A stretch of 64,000 nucleotides of DNA, from assembly GCA_963776655.1 (NCBI GenBank), contig CAVZNL010000004.1, positions 490,382 to 554,381 of the forward strand. The letters are read 5' to 3'. The position numbers were made by a program, and so were the translations under genes. How positions within the stretch are numbered: the stretch's first letter is position 1; each line of letters opens with the position of its first letter. Origin of the DNA: an uncultured Alphaproteobacteria bacterium (GTDB taxonomy: Bacteria; Pseudomonadota; Alphaproteobacteria; Rhizobiales; Methyloligellaceae). The notes under the pieces are model-generated. The model was not told where the DNA came from. It worked only from the letters and a program-made list of their open reading frames with translations, and ran no database searches. Positions 55,981 to 64,000 of this stretch are shown piece after piece.

Positions 55981-56438
55981 TTCATGTCTGCTGTTCCTCT
56001 GCCTGTCACAGTCGCACGCAAGGATCGACCGCCTCTTTTGCTTCCTCGTATGTTTCGGCTTTGTGGAGATTCTCGTCTGGCCTTTGCTGGTTCTCGGGTT
56101 TCTCTCATGAGCCGAGCGCCAGTGGAGCATGCCTCGCCGGTAACGTAGTGACGGGCGATTTCGCGTTGGATCCACCCACCCCGGCGGAGGTCGCGCGGCG
56201 CGATCGGATGAACCGCGAGGGTTGATGGCCGCTCGCCCCAGCCACAGCCCGGTATGTCATGATCACTCGCCAAGAAGCATTGGATGATAGGGCGACACTC
56301 CACGAGTGTATCCGCACGGCTGACCTCGGCGAGGCATCCGCAATCAACGATGCCGCCTCACGGTCGGCGCGTTGGGTACCTCGGAATTGTCACGGCGGGC
56401 AGGAGAGCAGTGATCTACCAGTAACTCGGGAGATCGCC

Positions 56439-56720
56439 ATGCCTTCTAAGCTCTTGATTATTGCTGCCACCCTAGCTCTCGCGTTGCTCGCCCCAGTGGC
56501 ATTCGCAGCCGAGTCAGAAGATCAGCAAGACGAATGGCCCGCGCTGACTCTTGATTTCGTCGTACCAGGTACGCATACGACCTGCCTCCAGGGCTTTGGC
56601 ACGATAGAGTGCACGTCTATCCGCACGACCCCCGATCCGGAAGATTGTCCGCCTGGCGAGAGCTTGATCGCGGTTAGGCGCTTTGGCAATCTCAGCCACG
56701 TGTGCGCACCCAGCAAGTGA
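56439..56720 (+). CDS. Small secreted protein with 4 Cys
   Basis: GGAG RBS, signal peptide MPSKLLIIAATLALALLAPVAFA. Confidence 0.7.
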   Translation: MPSKLLIIAATLALALLAPVAFAAESEDQQDEWPALTLDFVVPGTHTTCLQGFGTIECTSIRTTPDPEDCPPGESLIAVRRFGNLSHVCAPSK

Positions 56721-56755
56721 ATCTTTTTTGCCTGTTCGCGACAAACAAAAGAGAA

Positions 56756-56791
56756 AGCCCCGGCCTGGAGGTGTCAGCTCAGACCGGGGCT
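56756..56791 (-). terminator. Probable terminator between convergent small genes
   Basis: AGCCCCGG...CCGGGGCT stem with a T-rich tail on the minus strand. Confidence 0.55.
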
Positions 56792-56920
56792 AAGTCTTAG
56801 ATTCCAGAAGTGCGAGTTACCGTTCGCTATCTCACGCTCGGCGTCCGAGTGGCTTGCCTAGTACGACTTCCATTCGCCACGGCTTGACCGAGTGCAACTG
56901 ACCACCGCACCCGCGCCCGA

Positions 56921-57124
56921 CTACGGTCCGATAGGTGCCGGTGACTCGGTGGGTGGCTGCGATGGGCTTAGAGTTAGGCCGTCGGATTTGTAGGCGGCGC
57001 TGCCAAACACAGCGAGCAGCGCAATCAGGACTCCGGCCACAAGTACACCAATCACAAGAGGATTAACTACCGGTCTGTCGGGCATGTCGGGCGTGACGAT
57101 TTCTCCAGTTTCGTTGTCCCACAA
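56921..57124 (-). CDS. Small single-TM hypothetical protein
   Basis: Hydrophobic stretch PLVIGVLVAGVLIALLAVFG; GAGG upstream of TTG. Confidence 0.5.
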   Translation of the reverse strand: MWDNETGEIVTPDMPDRPVVNPLVIGVLVAGVLIALLAVFGSAAYKSDGLTLSPSQPPTESPAPIGP

Positions 57125-57229
57125 ACACCTCGGACCAGGGGCGGCTCCTAAGCAGGTGGCATGTCGGGGCTAGTTTTTCTTCTCCCCCCTAAGGCCCTTC
57201 CGACGAGCGCATGGAAGGTCACTCAGTTC

Positions 57230-57634
57230 TTAGCCTGGGCCTCCTTTTGCGGAATCAGGAGCGGGGAGCGGTCCAATGATGATCTTGCAGCCCCCACCTG
57301 GCCCCCAGCAGCCAAGTGAACCGTCTGGCATTGTGTGCGCCTTCATATTCACGAAAGTTGGACCAGCAGTGGGGCCTGGTGGCAGGGCCTTAATCATCTG
57401 GACCAATGAATCTTTTCGCACGAGGCAAGTCCTGCCAGGAGCATCGGTAGCATAGGCGCTTAGCACGGTAACGGTGCCCAGGCCCTCGACGTTGAGCTTG
57501 TATTCCTTTGCTTGCTTAGTTTCGTCTGAGGATATGAAGTCCGAGCTCTTAAGACTCTGCGCTGAAGCCATCTGCGGAACAGCTGCACAAATTGGAACGG
57601 TCAGCACTATCGCAGAGAGAATCTGCTTCATCAT
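57230..57634 (-). CDS. Secreted hypothetical protein
   Basis: GGAGG RBS, signal peptide MMKQILSAIVLTVPICAAVPQMASA. Confidence 0.72.
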   Translation of the reverse strand: MMKQILSAIVLTVPICAAVPQMASAQSLKSSDFISSDETKQAKEYKLNVEGLGTVTVLSAYATDAPGRTCLVRKDSLVQMIKALPPGPTAGPTFVNMKAHTMPDGSLGCWGPGGGCKIIIGPLPAPDSAKGGPG

Positions 57635-58125
57635 GGTGACCTCCGTAGGTGTTAGCACCCCCATCCGGCCCACACGAAGCTCTAGACAGTTTAGCTGACC
57701 ATTTTGGGCATTTTGGGATCGCGGGTCGATCCACCTTGACCGGGGCTTCTTCTTTGCGTCATGCCGACGAATGAGCGCAGAACACCAAACCCGTGAAAGT
57801 GCAAACGGTATGGTCTAGAGGTTATCGGGCTTTAGGCGCTCGCTTCGGCCGGCGCGTTTGCTCTCGCAAAAGATCAGGCCCCGCGCGGGCCTGAGCGCGG
57901 GGCCCCCATTTGCGAGGATAATTGTGTTCTGCGGGTTCCCTCAGCCTTGCCATTCAAACTCCCCCGGTTTGAACAGCCTGCCCGCAGTCCTTTAACGTAG
58001 CAGTTCCAAGATGCTTCCGGTCGTGGCCTCCAACATCCGGTCGATATGGAGGGCAATTGGCATGAGCGCCCTCAGCCGCGGTTCCGTGCCGGAGGTATTG
58101 GAACGATAGGCGCTCGCTTCGGCGC

Positions 58126-58242
58126 CTATTTTTTTGGCTTCTTCCTGGCCACCGTCTTGCGTTTCGTCTTGATGACGGTCTTGCCCCGCCGCGCCTTTAC
58201 GACCGTCTTGCTGCGTGCACGCCGTTTCGTCTTCGGTGCCAT
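58126..58242 (-). CDS. 38-aa Lys/Arg-rich peptide (not in ORF track)
   Basis: GGGAGG-5nt-ATG; MAPKTKRRARSKTVVKARRGKTVIKTKRKTVARKKPKK*. Confidence 0.7.
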   Translation of the reverse strand: MAPKTKRRARSKTVVKARRGKTVIKTKRKTVARKKPKK

Positions 58243-58390
58243 GGCTGCCTCCCAATGCTATGAGGCATCAGTGTAGCAGCATTGCCGCTAAGAACGCGAG
58301 TGCACATAGCCAGCGGGATGCGATAAGCGGTGACACCACAAAAGGTGCTCACGATGGACGCTCAGTTTCAGTGCAGCCTTTGCCCTGACA

Positions 58391-58702
58391 CTACGGCCGT
58401 CGATCGCGACCGAGAGTCGTATCCTTCTTGGAAGCCAGCGCGGCGGTGTCTTCGGTGTCGGAAATCTCGTCCTCCTCGCCCTTCCTGCGGTGCCACCACA
58501 CGGTAAGCTGACGCCGCCAGCGCCGCACGATGGGGAGGTCGACCGAGAGCACGAGAAGGCCAAGCGGGATCATCCAGAACCCGAGCACCGGAAGGAAGCC
58601 CACAATTCCGCCGACGATGAGGAGGATGCCGATCCCGATGCGGATCGGCTTCGATTTCGGCAGATGCCAATGTCGGTCGAAGATGCGGATCTTAGGGGCC
58701 AT
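58391..58702 (-). CDS. PGPGW-like small membrane protein
   Basis: IGIGILLIVGGIVGFLPVLGFWMIPLGLLVLSVD..VRRWRR. Confidence 0.85.
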   Translation of the reverse strand: MAPKIRIFDRHWHLPKSKPIRIGIGILLIVGGIVGFLPVLGFWMIPLGLLVLSVDLPIVRRWRRQLTVWWHRRKGEEDEISDTEDTAALASKKDTTLGRDRRP

Positions 58703-58803
58703 GGGCTCCCGCGCCGTGGTTGGGTCGAAGGCCGGAGATAGGGTCTAACGCGGGGCGCCGCAACCTCAGTCTTTCGCGCCCGCCGTCCCGCGCCCCCGCG
58801 GGT

Positions 58804-60073
58804 TCAAGCGCGCCCGCCGCCATCGCTCTCTTGCTTGAGAAGCCAGGTGTTGACGCGGCCGACCCCTTTCACCTGGATTTCGCCCCGCGGCTCGAACACG
58901 AAGCTGTCGCGGAGCGTCTCCCTGACCGCGTCGGAGACTTAGAATCTCGCCGGGAAGCCCGTGCAACTCCAGCCGCGAAGCCAAATTCACCGTCTCGCCC
59001 CAGACGTCGTAGGAGAACTTATCGCTGCCGATGATCCCGGCCATCAGCGGGCCCGTGGCAAGGCCCGCCCTGATCCTGAGATCGACGCCGTGCGCGGCCG
59101 AGAGCCGCTCGACCAGATCGGGCAGAAGCAGCGCCATGCGGGCGAGCCGCGAAAGATGGTCGGACTGCGGCCGGCTCACGCCCGCGACGGCGAGGTAGCC
59201 GTCGCCGATGGTCTTGATCTTCTCCACGCCATGCACCGCCGCAAGCCTGTCGAACTCCGTGACGATCTCGTCGAGAAGCGCCACGGTGCGCTTGGCGCCG
59301 AGCTTTTGCGCAAGCTCGGTGAAGCCGACGAGATCGGTGAAGAGCACCGAGGCGTCGCCGACGCTGTCGGCCACCTTGTCGCCCGGACGCGCCTTGAGGC
59401 GCTCTGCGATCGCCTCGGGCAGGATATTGGCCAGCAGCGTATCGGCTTCGGCGCGCGCGCGGTCGGCCATGGTGAAGGCATAGCCGACGATCAGCGCGAT
59501 GATGCTGAAGGTCGTGGCGGCCGAGGAGATGTAGAGATTGGCGAGCAGGCCGGGATCGGCGGCGATCCCCGCGCGCTCGGGCGGATAGAGGAACCAGGCC
59601 GCCACATGCAAAACAAGCCCGATCGCGATCATCGCGGCGACGAGGCGGAGCCGGCCCACGCCAAGAACGGCAAAGGCGACCGCGGCGGCGATGATGTAGT
59701 TGATCTGGATACCGGAGTCGTGGCCGAGCGCGCGCACGAAGAAGAAGAGCGCGACATACTCCGCGGCCGCGAGCAGGATCGCCGCGGCGATGTCGTTGAT
59801 GCGGTGCGCGAGCGGCACGAGGAGCGCGACCGCCATCAACACGACATTGACGACGATCAACGGCAGGTAGGTGGCGAGGCCGTAAGAGGCGAACACGCCG
59901 GCATAGACGGCCGAGAAGACGGCGATCAGGAACGCCATGACGTTGACGATGCTGAGCCGCCGGCGGACCGCGCGGGGGTAGCCCGCGGTGCCGAGCTCGG
60001 CCAAGCCGGAAAGCGGCCCAAGCCAAGCGAAGAGCGGCGCATCGCGCGCCGCCAACGTTCCGTGTGTCTTCAT
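58804..60073 (-). CDS. Membrane-anchored class III adenylate/guanylate cyclase; apparent frameshift near 58940
   Basis: About six TM; LLANILP, VLFTDLVGFT, KIKTIGDGY, YDVWGETVNLASRLE; tail VKGVGRVNTW in the second frame. Confidence 0.92.
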
Positions 60074-60349
60074 CGACAAGCTCGCACTAGCGCGCGCAAT
60101 CGTAGCCGAGCTTGTGGCAGCAGGTCATTAACGGGACTGTTTTTCTTGCGTGCTCTTCTTGCGTGCTCTTCCTCAACCTGCGCGAAGCCGAGGCTTCGCG
60201 CAGGTTGGTCCGCTGCGTTAGCGCATAGTGCGCCGGGTGGGAGACCACGGGGGTGGCCGTGCCCCTGCGCCTCGCGCGCAAAGCTCTGGAAAGCCCCCTG
60301 CCCTTTTGCTATCTACCCCTTTACGGCGCCGTCACATGGCGCGCCCTGA

Positions 60350-60425
60350 TCCCCGGTAGCTCAGCTGGTAGAGCAAGCGGCTGTTAACCGCTGGGTCGCT
60401 GGTTCGAATCCGGCCCGGGGAGCCA
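60350..60425 (+). tRNA. tRNA-Asn (GTT)
   Basis: TCCCCGG/CCGGGGA acceptor, anticodon loop CTGTTAA, GTTCGAA T-loop, CCA. Confidence 0.97.
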
Positions 60426-60666
60426 GTTTTTTCAAGGGTTTCAGCACCACACCTCAACAGCGTCCATAGTCCAAGGTACGGCATAGGTACGGGCAATTGC
60501 CGCGCCGCTCTAGCCCCGCCCCTTCGTTCTTGCGATGTTGTGTCCGTGCGGGAGCCAAAGGTGAGACTGGTTCCCAAACTTATTGCAGCCACTTTGCTCA
60601 TGGGCTGCAATCAAGTCACGTCACTACCGGCGACACAATGGCGCCCGGGCGCAAGAGGAGTTGATC

Positions 60667-60996
60667 ATGCCCAACCTTCCGTTGGCGGCCACCGCCGTCG
60701 CTTCAGTCCTTGTCACCTTGGCGACTGGATCTGTCGCCCAAACGGTTCCCCCCGACCTCCCGCTCGCAGTCATCTGCTTCAATGAGCAGACCCAGACGTG
60801 GACGGTCGGCTATCTCACCCTCATCAGCAAGGATGGTTCTGCCACCTACGTCTCCGGAGATCTTTCAGTTACGGTGGACGTCAAGGGCCTAGTGCAGCCG
60901 CCCTCTGATCGCCCAGCCGCCGGCGACTGCTTCGGCAAGACCTTGAAGGAGTTGCGCGCTGCCGGCCGCGTCATGGAGTTTAAGCGCACGCAGTAA
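60667..60996 (+). CDS. Secreted hypothetical protein (2 Cys)
   Basis: GAGGAG RBS, signal peptide. Confidence 0.72.
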   Translation: MPNLPLAATAVASVLVTLATGSVAQTVPPDLPLAVICFNEQTQTWTVGYLTLISKDGSATYVSGDLSVTVDVKGLVQPPSDRPAAGDCFGKTLKELRAAGRVMEFKRTQ

Positions 60997-61091
60997 GGCG
61001 GCCGTTCATTACCTCCGTTGAAAGTGATCGGGCCCGGGAACCTGCTAAGCTAAGCCGTGCCACGCTTCGAGAATTGCGAGGAGGCAACCCC

Positions 61092-61316
61092 ATGAAGTTC
61101 GTTCCGATGATCTGTCTCGCTCTGGTTTTCGCGACCCCGGCCTTTGCCGCACCCCAATGGGTTGAAACTGCCTGTTGGCGGGCCGCCAATCGCGTTCTCC
61201 CGGCGCTTAATGCGAGGGAAAGGGAAGGCTATATTGCCAATTGCATAGCCGACTGGAAGGCTGGAACGCCGCCGCCGTCACGGGGCAGCAAGAACACAGA
61301 CCGCAACAGATATTGA
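61092..61316 (+). CDS. Small secreted protein with a Cys pair
   Basis: GAGGAGG RBS, signal peptide MKFVPMICLALVFATPAFA. Confidence 0.72.
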   Translation: MKFVPMICLALVFATPAFAAPQWVETACWRAANRVLPALNAREREGYIANCIADWKAGTPPPSRGSKNTDRNRY

Positions 61317-61347
61317 TTGGCGGGCTCGCTGCATCTGACAAAAAGGA

Positions 61348-61369
61348 GGCGCCCGCCGAAGCGAGCGCC
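61348..61369 (-). terminator. UUCG-tetraloop hairpin, copy 1
   Basis: Minus strand GGCGCTCGC-TTCG-GCGGGCGCC then TCCTTTTT; identical 22 bp at 61750-61771. Confidence 0.6.
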
Positions 61370-61451
61370 GGACAATTATGCCAAGCACAACACTGTGATT
61401 TCTAGGCCGCACGCTGCGGGGCTAAACTGACGGTCGAAGGAGGAAATTCCC

Positions 61452-61718
61452 ATGAAACACGTTGCCAAAAAATCCGGCGCCGCCATTGCGACCGCCGTGG
61501 CCTCGCTCATTTTCACGGCCGCCGTTCCGACGGCAGCTCACGCTGAGGCAACAGGCAAGTGCATGGGCGCCAATGCCTGCAGGGGTAAAAGCGACTGCAG
61601 TACCGGCGCCAGCGCGTGCGGCGGTGCAACCTCAAACTCCTGCAAAGGCAAGGGTTATCTCCTGCTGACCAAGGCTCAGTGCAACAAGATTCCCGGCACC
61701 AAGTTCGTGGCGAAGTAA
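61452..61718 (+). CDS. BufA2-like six-Cys secreted peptide (bufferin-type precursor family)
   Basis: GGAGG RBS; signal peptide; KCMGANACRGKSDC...AC...NSCKGKG...QC. Confidence 0.75.
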   Translation: MKHVAKKSGAAIATAVASLIFTAAVPTAAHAEATGKCMGANACRGKSDCSTGASACGGATSNSCKGKGYLLLTKAQCNKIPGTKFVAK

Positions 61719-61749
61719 TCGTCCGATAGGGGCGATAGACAGCAGAAAG

Positions 61750-61771
61750 GGCGCCCGCCGAAGCGAGCGCC
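61750..61771 (-). terminator. UUCG-tetraloop hairpin, copy 2 (terminator of 61799-61957)
   Basis: AAGGGCGCTCGC-TTCG-GCGGGCGCCCTTT on the minus strand. Confidence 0.7.
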
Positions 61772-61798
61772 CTTGCCAACTGTGAGGAGCACTGGTGC

Positions 61799-61957
61799 TT
61801 ACATCTTCTCAGAGCACTTCTTGGCGGTGTCGTCCCAAGTGCCGCCAGCCTTGTCGCAACTGGCCTTGTCGGTTGCTTTCGTGACGTCGCCGGCCGAGGC
61901 AGGGCCTGCAAGGGCTAAAGCCAAGGCCAATACGAATGCAGAAATTGCGGTTTTCAT
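61799..61957 (-). CDS. 52-aa secreted two-Cys protein (not in ORF track)
   Basis: GGAGG RBS; MKTAISAFVLALALALAGPASA-GDVTKATDKASCDKAGGTWDDTAKKCSEKM*. Confidence 0.82.
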   Translation of the reverse strand: MKTAISAFVLALALALAGPASAGDVTKATDKASCDKAGGTWDDTAKKCSEKM

Positions 61958-61999
61958 GACGTTTCCTCCATGACGCTGTTACTGCTTGGGCTTAGGAAA

Positions 62000-62024
62000 A
62001 ACGGCTGACGCTCGGACTGGTTCC
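62000..62024 (-). promoter_or_regulatory. EcfG/SigT promoter
   Basis: GGAAC-N16-CGTT on the minus strand, ~42 bp upstream of the 52-aa gene. Confidence 0.7.
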
Positions 62025-62222
62025 AGCTCCAAATGAAAAGCATTGCAGGCGCCTCTAGGACGTTTGCAGGGGCCTCTCGTACGAGCCAGCCAAGCCCCGG
62101 CGCCGGTCTCTCGCAATCTTCTGAGCCTCTGTCGCGCGGTCCTGATCTCCTGGCGCGCCGATGCGCGGTCATAGACGCGTCATCGGGGATGTCTAATATG
62201 ACCGCCGTTTGCTATCATTGGC

Positions 62223-62305
62223 CCAGCCAGTCCTAGTATGGGGTATCGCGCGGCTGGTTAGGCCCGGCCCACCTTCCCTGCACCCCCAGCAGCGAGCCGG
62301 GCCGC
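62223..62305 (+). ncRNA. Candidate structured RNA, copy 2
   Basis: CCAGCC..GGCTGG hairpin, then TAGGCCCGGC..GCCGGGCC hairpin with a C-rich loop. Confidence 0.4.
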
Positions 62306-62345
62306 CTCTTAAGCCGCATTCGAATCATGCAACGATGACGAAGCG

Positions 62346-62885
62346 ATGAGAGTGCCGAGCCCAATCTCCACTCTCTGTGCGGCGCTCGCGTCTGTCTTTC
62401 TCGGTCTCACCGCCACGCAAGCGGCCGACGAGCCGTTCACAGATGCGGCGGCGTACTGTCAGGCTGTGGGCAATGCCGATGCGCCGGATGCGCGCTACAC
62501 GGGGCCCGCGGTGCCGGACTGGATGGTGACCGCGCTCTACAGCAAGGACGAGATCAAGGCGCAGAAGGCCTCCAAGGTCGATCCCGCACGCGCCGTCGTC
62601 TGGCGCTGCATGGGCGCGAAGGTCTGGGGGTGCGTTCAGGGCAACAGCCCGATCTGCGGCAAGGCGAACCAGGAGATGGCGCCGACCAAGGCGATGGGCG
62701 CGTTCTGCGCGAGCCAGCCCAACGCCGAGGCGATCCCGCTCTCGGTGATCGGGCACGAGAATCCCATGATCTACGACTGGAGCTGCAAGGGGAAGAAGCC
62801 GGCCATCGCGCGGCAGATCTTCACCGTCGATGCACGCGGGTTTCCCGCCGAGCTGTGGAAAGAGATCGCACCGGCGAAGAACTAG
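62346..62885 (+). CDS. Secreted Cys-rich hypothetical protein
   Basis: Signal peptide; six Cys in the mature part. Confidence 0.78.
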   Translation: MRVPSPISTLCAALASVFLGLTATQAADEPFTDAAAYCQAVGNADAPDARYTGPAVPDWMVTALYSKDEIKAQKASKVDPARAVVWRCMGAKVWGCVQGNSPICGKANQEMAPTKAMGAFCASQPNAEAIPLSVIGHENPMIYDWSCKGKKPAIARQIFTVDARGFPAELWKEIAPAKN

Positions 62886-62905
62886 CTGCGGCGCCGATCA
62901 GAAAA

Positions 62906-63175
62906 CCATCCCCCTTGATGGGGAGGGCGGCGAGCGCAGCGAGCCGGGTGGGGTGATGTTTTTGAACGCGCGATGGCCGCGCCACTTACAGCGTAACCCC
63001 CCACCCCAGCGCGCAAGAGCGCGCCGGACCTCCCCACGAGGGGGAGGTTTGGAGAGACGCGCGCCCGAAAGTTTCCCATCGCCCTTTCAAGGGAAGGACG
63101 ACAAAGCTTGAGCGAAGCGAAAGCTTCGCCGGGTGGGGTGAACAATGCGTCATACCGGCGGAAGCCGGTATCCAG
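62906..63175. repeat. Composite of intergenic hairpin repeats plus an RPE half element
   Basis: Shares blocks with 10723-10856 (CCCCACGAGGGGGAGGT, AAGCTTGAGCGAAGCGAAAGCT); CGTCATACCGGCGGAAGCCGGTATCC. Confidence 0.78.
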
Positions 63176-63180
63176 ACTCA

Positions 63181-64000
63181 CTAACGCGCCGCGGTCAGGC
63201 CGGGACGGCCTCGATCACGCAGATCGGGCGCGACGTCGGCACGATGCGGTTGAGCCGCAAGCCGGAAGCGGCGAACAGGCCCGCGAATTCCTCTTCCGTG
63301 CGCTCCTTGCCGCCCACCGTCACCACCAGCATCTCGATGTCGAGCAGCTTGGCGGGCGTGGGCCCGGGTTCGTCCGGTCACCACCATCTCGCAGAGGAGC
63401 ACGCGGCCGTGCGGCGGCAGCTTCTCGCGCATGAGGGTGAGAATGGTGCGGCAATGCGCGTCGCTCCAGTCGTGAATGATGTACTTCATCAGGTACGCGT
63501 CGCATGCGTCGGGCACGCGCTCGAAGAAGCTTCCCGCCTCGAGGTCGACACGGCCTTCGAGGCCCGCGAACTGCTCCTTCGGCACCGACGCGATCACCTC
63601 GGGCCGGTCGAACAGCACGCCGTGCAGATTGGGATAGGCGCGCAGGATGGAGGCGAGCAGCAGCCCGTGGCCGCCGCCGACATCGGCGAGGCGCTCGATC
63701 CCGGAAAAGTCGTAAGCCTCGACGATCGCCTCCGCCGCAATCGCGGTCGATGCGGTCATGGCGTTCTGGAAGGTCTCGCATTGCGAGGGCCTTTCGGCGA
63801 GCACGTCCCAGATCGGCTTGCCGTAGGCCTTGCTGACGCCGTCTGTGCCGGTGCGCAGACAAGCGGTGATATGTTCATAGGCGCGGGTGGAGAATTCCTC
63901 GCCGAACATCATGGCCGTGCAACGCATGCGATGCCGGGCGCGTCGGTCCTGAGCAGCTCGCCGTCGGGGTGAGCGCGAATTGGCGCCGCGTTCCTCGCGG
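63181..64000 (-). CDS. SAM-dependent O-methyltransferase (Methyltransf_2); 5' end beyond window, apparent frameshifts
   Basis: ADVGGGHG, LFDRPEV, GSFFERVP, YLMKYIIHDWSD, GGKERT. Confidence 0.9.
   Translation of the reverse strand, partial: REERGANSRSPRRRAAQDRRARHRMRCTAMMFGEEFSTRAYEHITACLRTGTDGVSKAYGKPIWDVLAERPSQCETFQNAMTASTAIAAEAIVEAYDFSGIERLADVGGGHGLLLASILRAYPNLHGVLFDRPEVIASVPKEQFAGLEGRVDLEAGSFFERVPDACDAYLMKYIIHDWSDAHCRTILTLMREKLPPHGRVLLCEMVVTGRTRAHARQAARHRDAGGDGGRQGAHGRGIRGPVRRFRLAAQPHRADVAPDLRDRGRPGLTAAR

Larger units (their letters stand above)
49361..58033. mobile_element. Genomic island integrated at tRNA-Cys; no integrase seen
   Basis: TTCCGGTCGTGGCCTCCAA (19 bp, tRNA 3' end) at 49361-49379 repeated exactly at 58015-58033; accessory content between. 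Confidence 0.85.

Noticed and set aside
60405-64000. attR duplication of the tRNA-Asn 3' end
   Set aside because: Only a weak partial match (GGCCCGGGAACC near 61031) was seen, so no island boundary can be called

Overview
GC-rich alphaproteobacterial chromosome segment. Gene order and content suggest Hyphomicrobiales, plausibly Methyloceanibacter-like (inference). Most of the window is conserved core synteny: ssb/uvrA, trmFO, secF-secD-yajC, nlpD-pcm-serS, tatCBA, scpBA-nagZ-SPOR-argS-dgt, erpA-xth-exoR-ilvD, valS-popZ-tolC-pcm2, tRNA-Cys, and later tRNA-Asn. Many genes, including essential valS, carry single-base frameshifts, so the assembly very likely has long-read indel errors. Accessory features: (1) a Pif1-family helicase, DUF2585 and MAPEG genes between ssb and uvrA; (2) a ~400-bp orphan higA islet bounded by a 28-bp duplication of the uvrA 3' end; (3) an ~8.7-kb integrase-less island at tRNA-Cys with a 19-bp att duplication. 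The island carries repeated 28-bp 11-6-11 palindromic sites bracketing cassette-like genes, an orphan XoxG-like cytochrome and a decayed FecR-TPR-beta-barrel/Crp pair. Also present are two copies of a candidate structured RNA, an unannotated 38-aa protamine-like peptide, and a cluster of small Cys-containing secreted proteins after tRNA-Asn, including an orphan BufA2-like precursor. All calls come from reading the sequence and recalled family motifs; no database searches were run.
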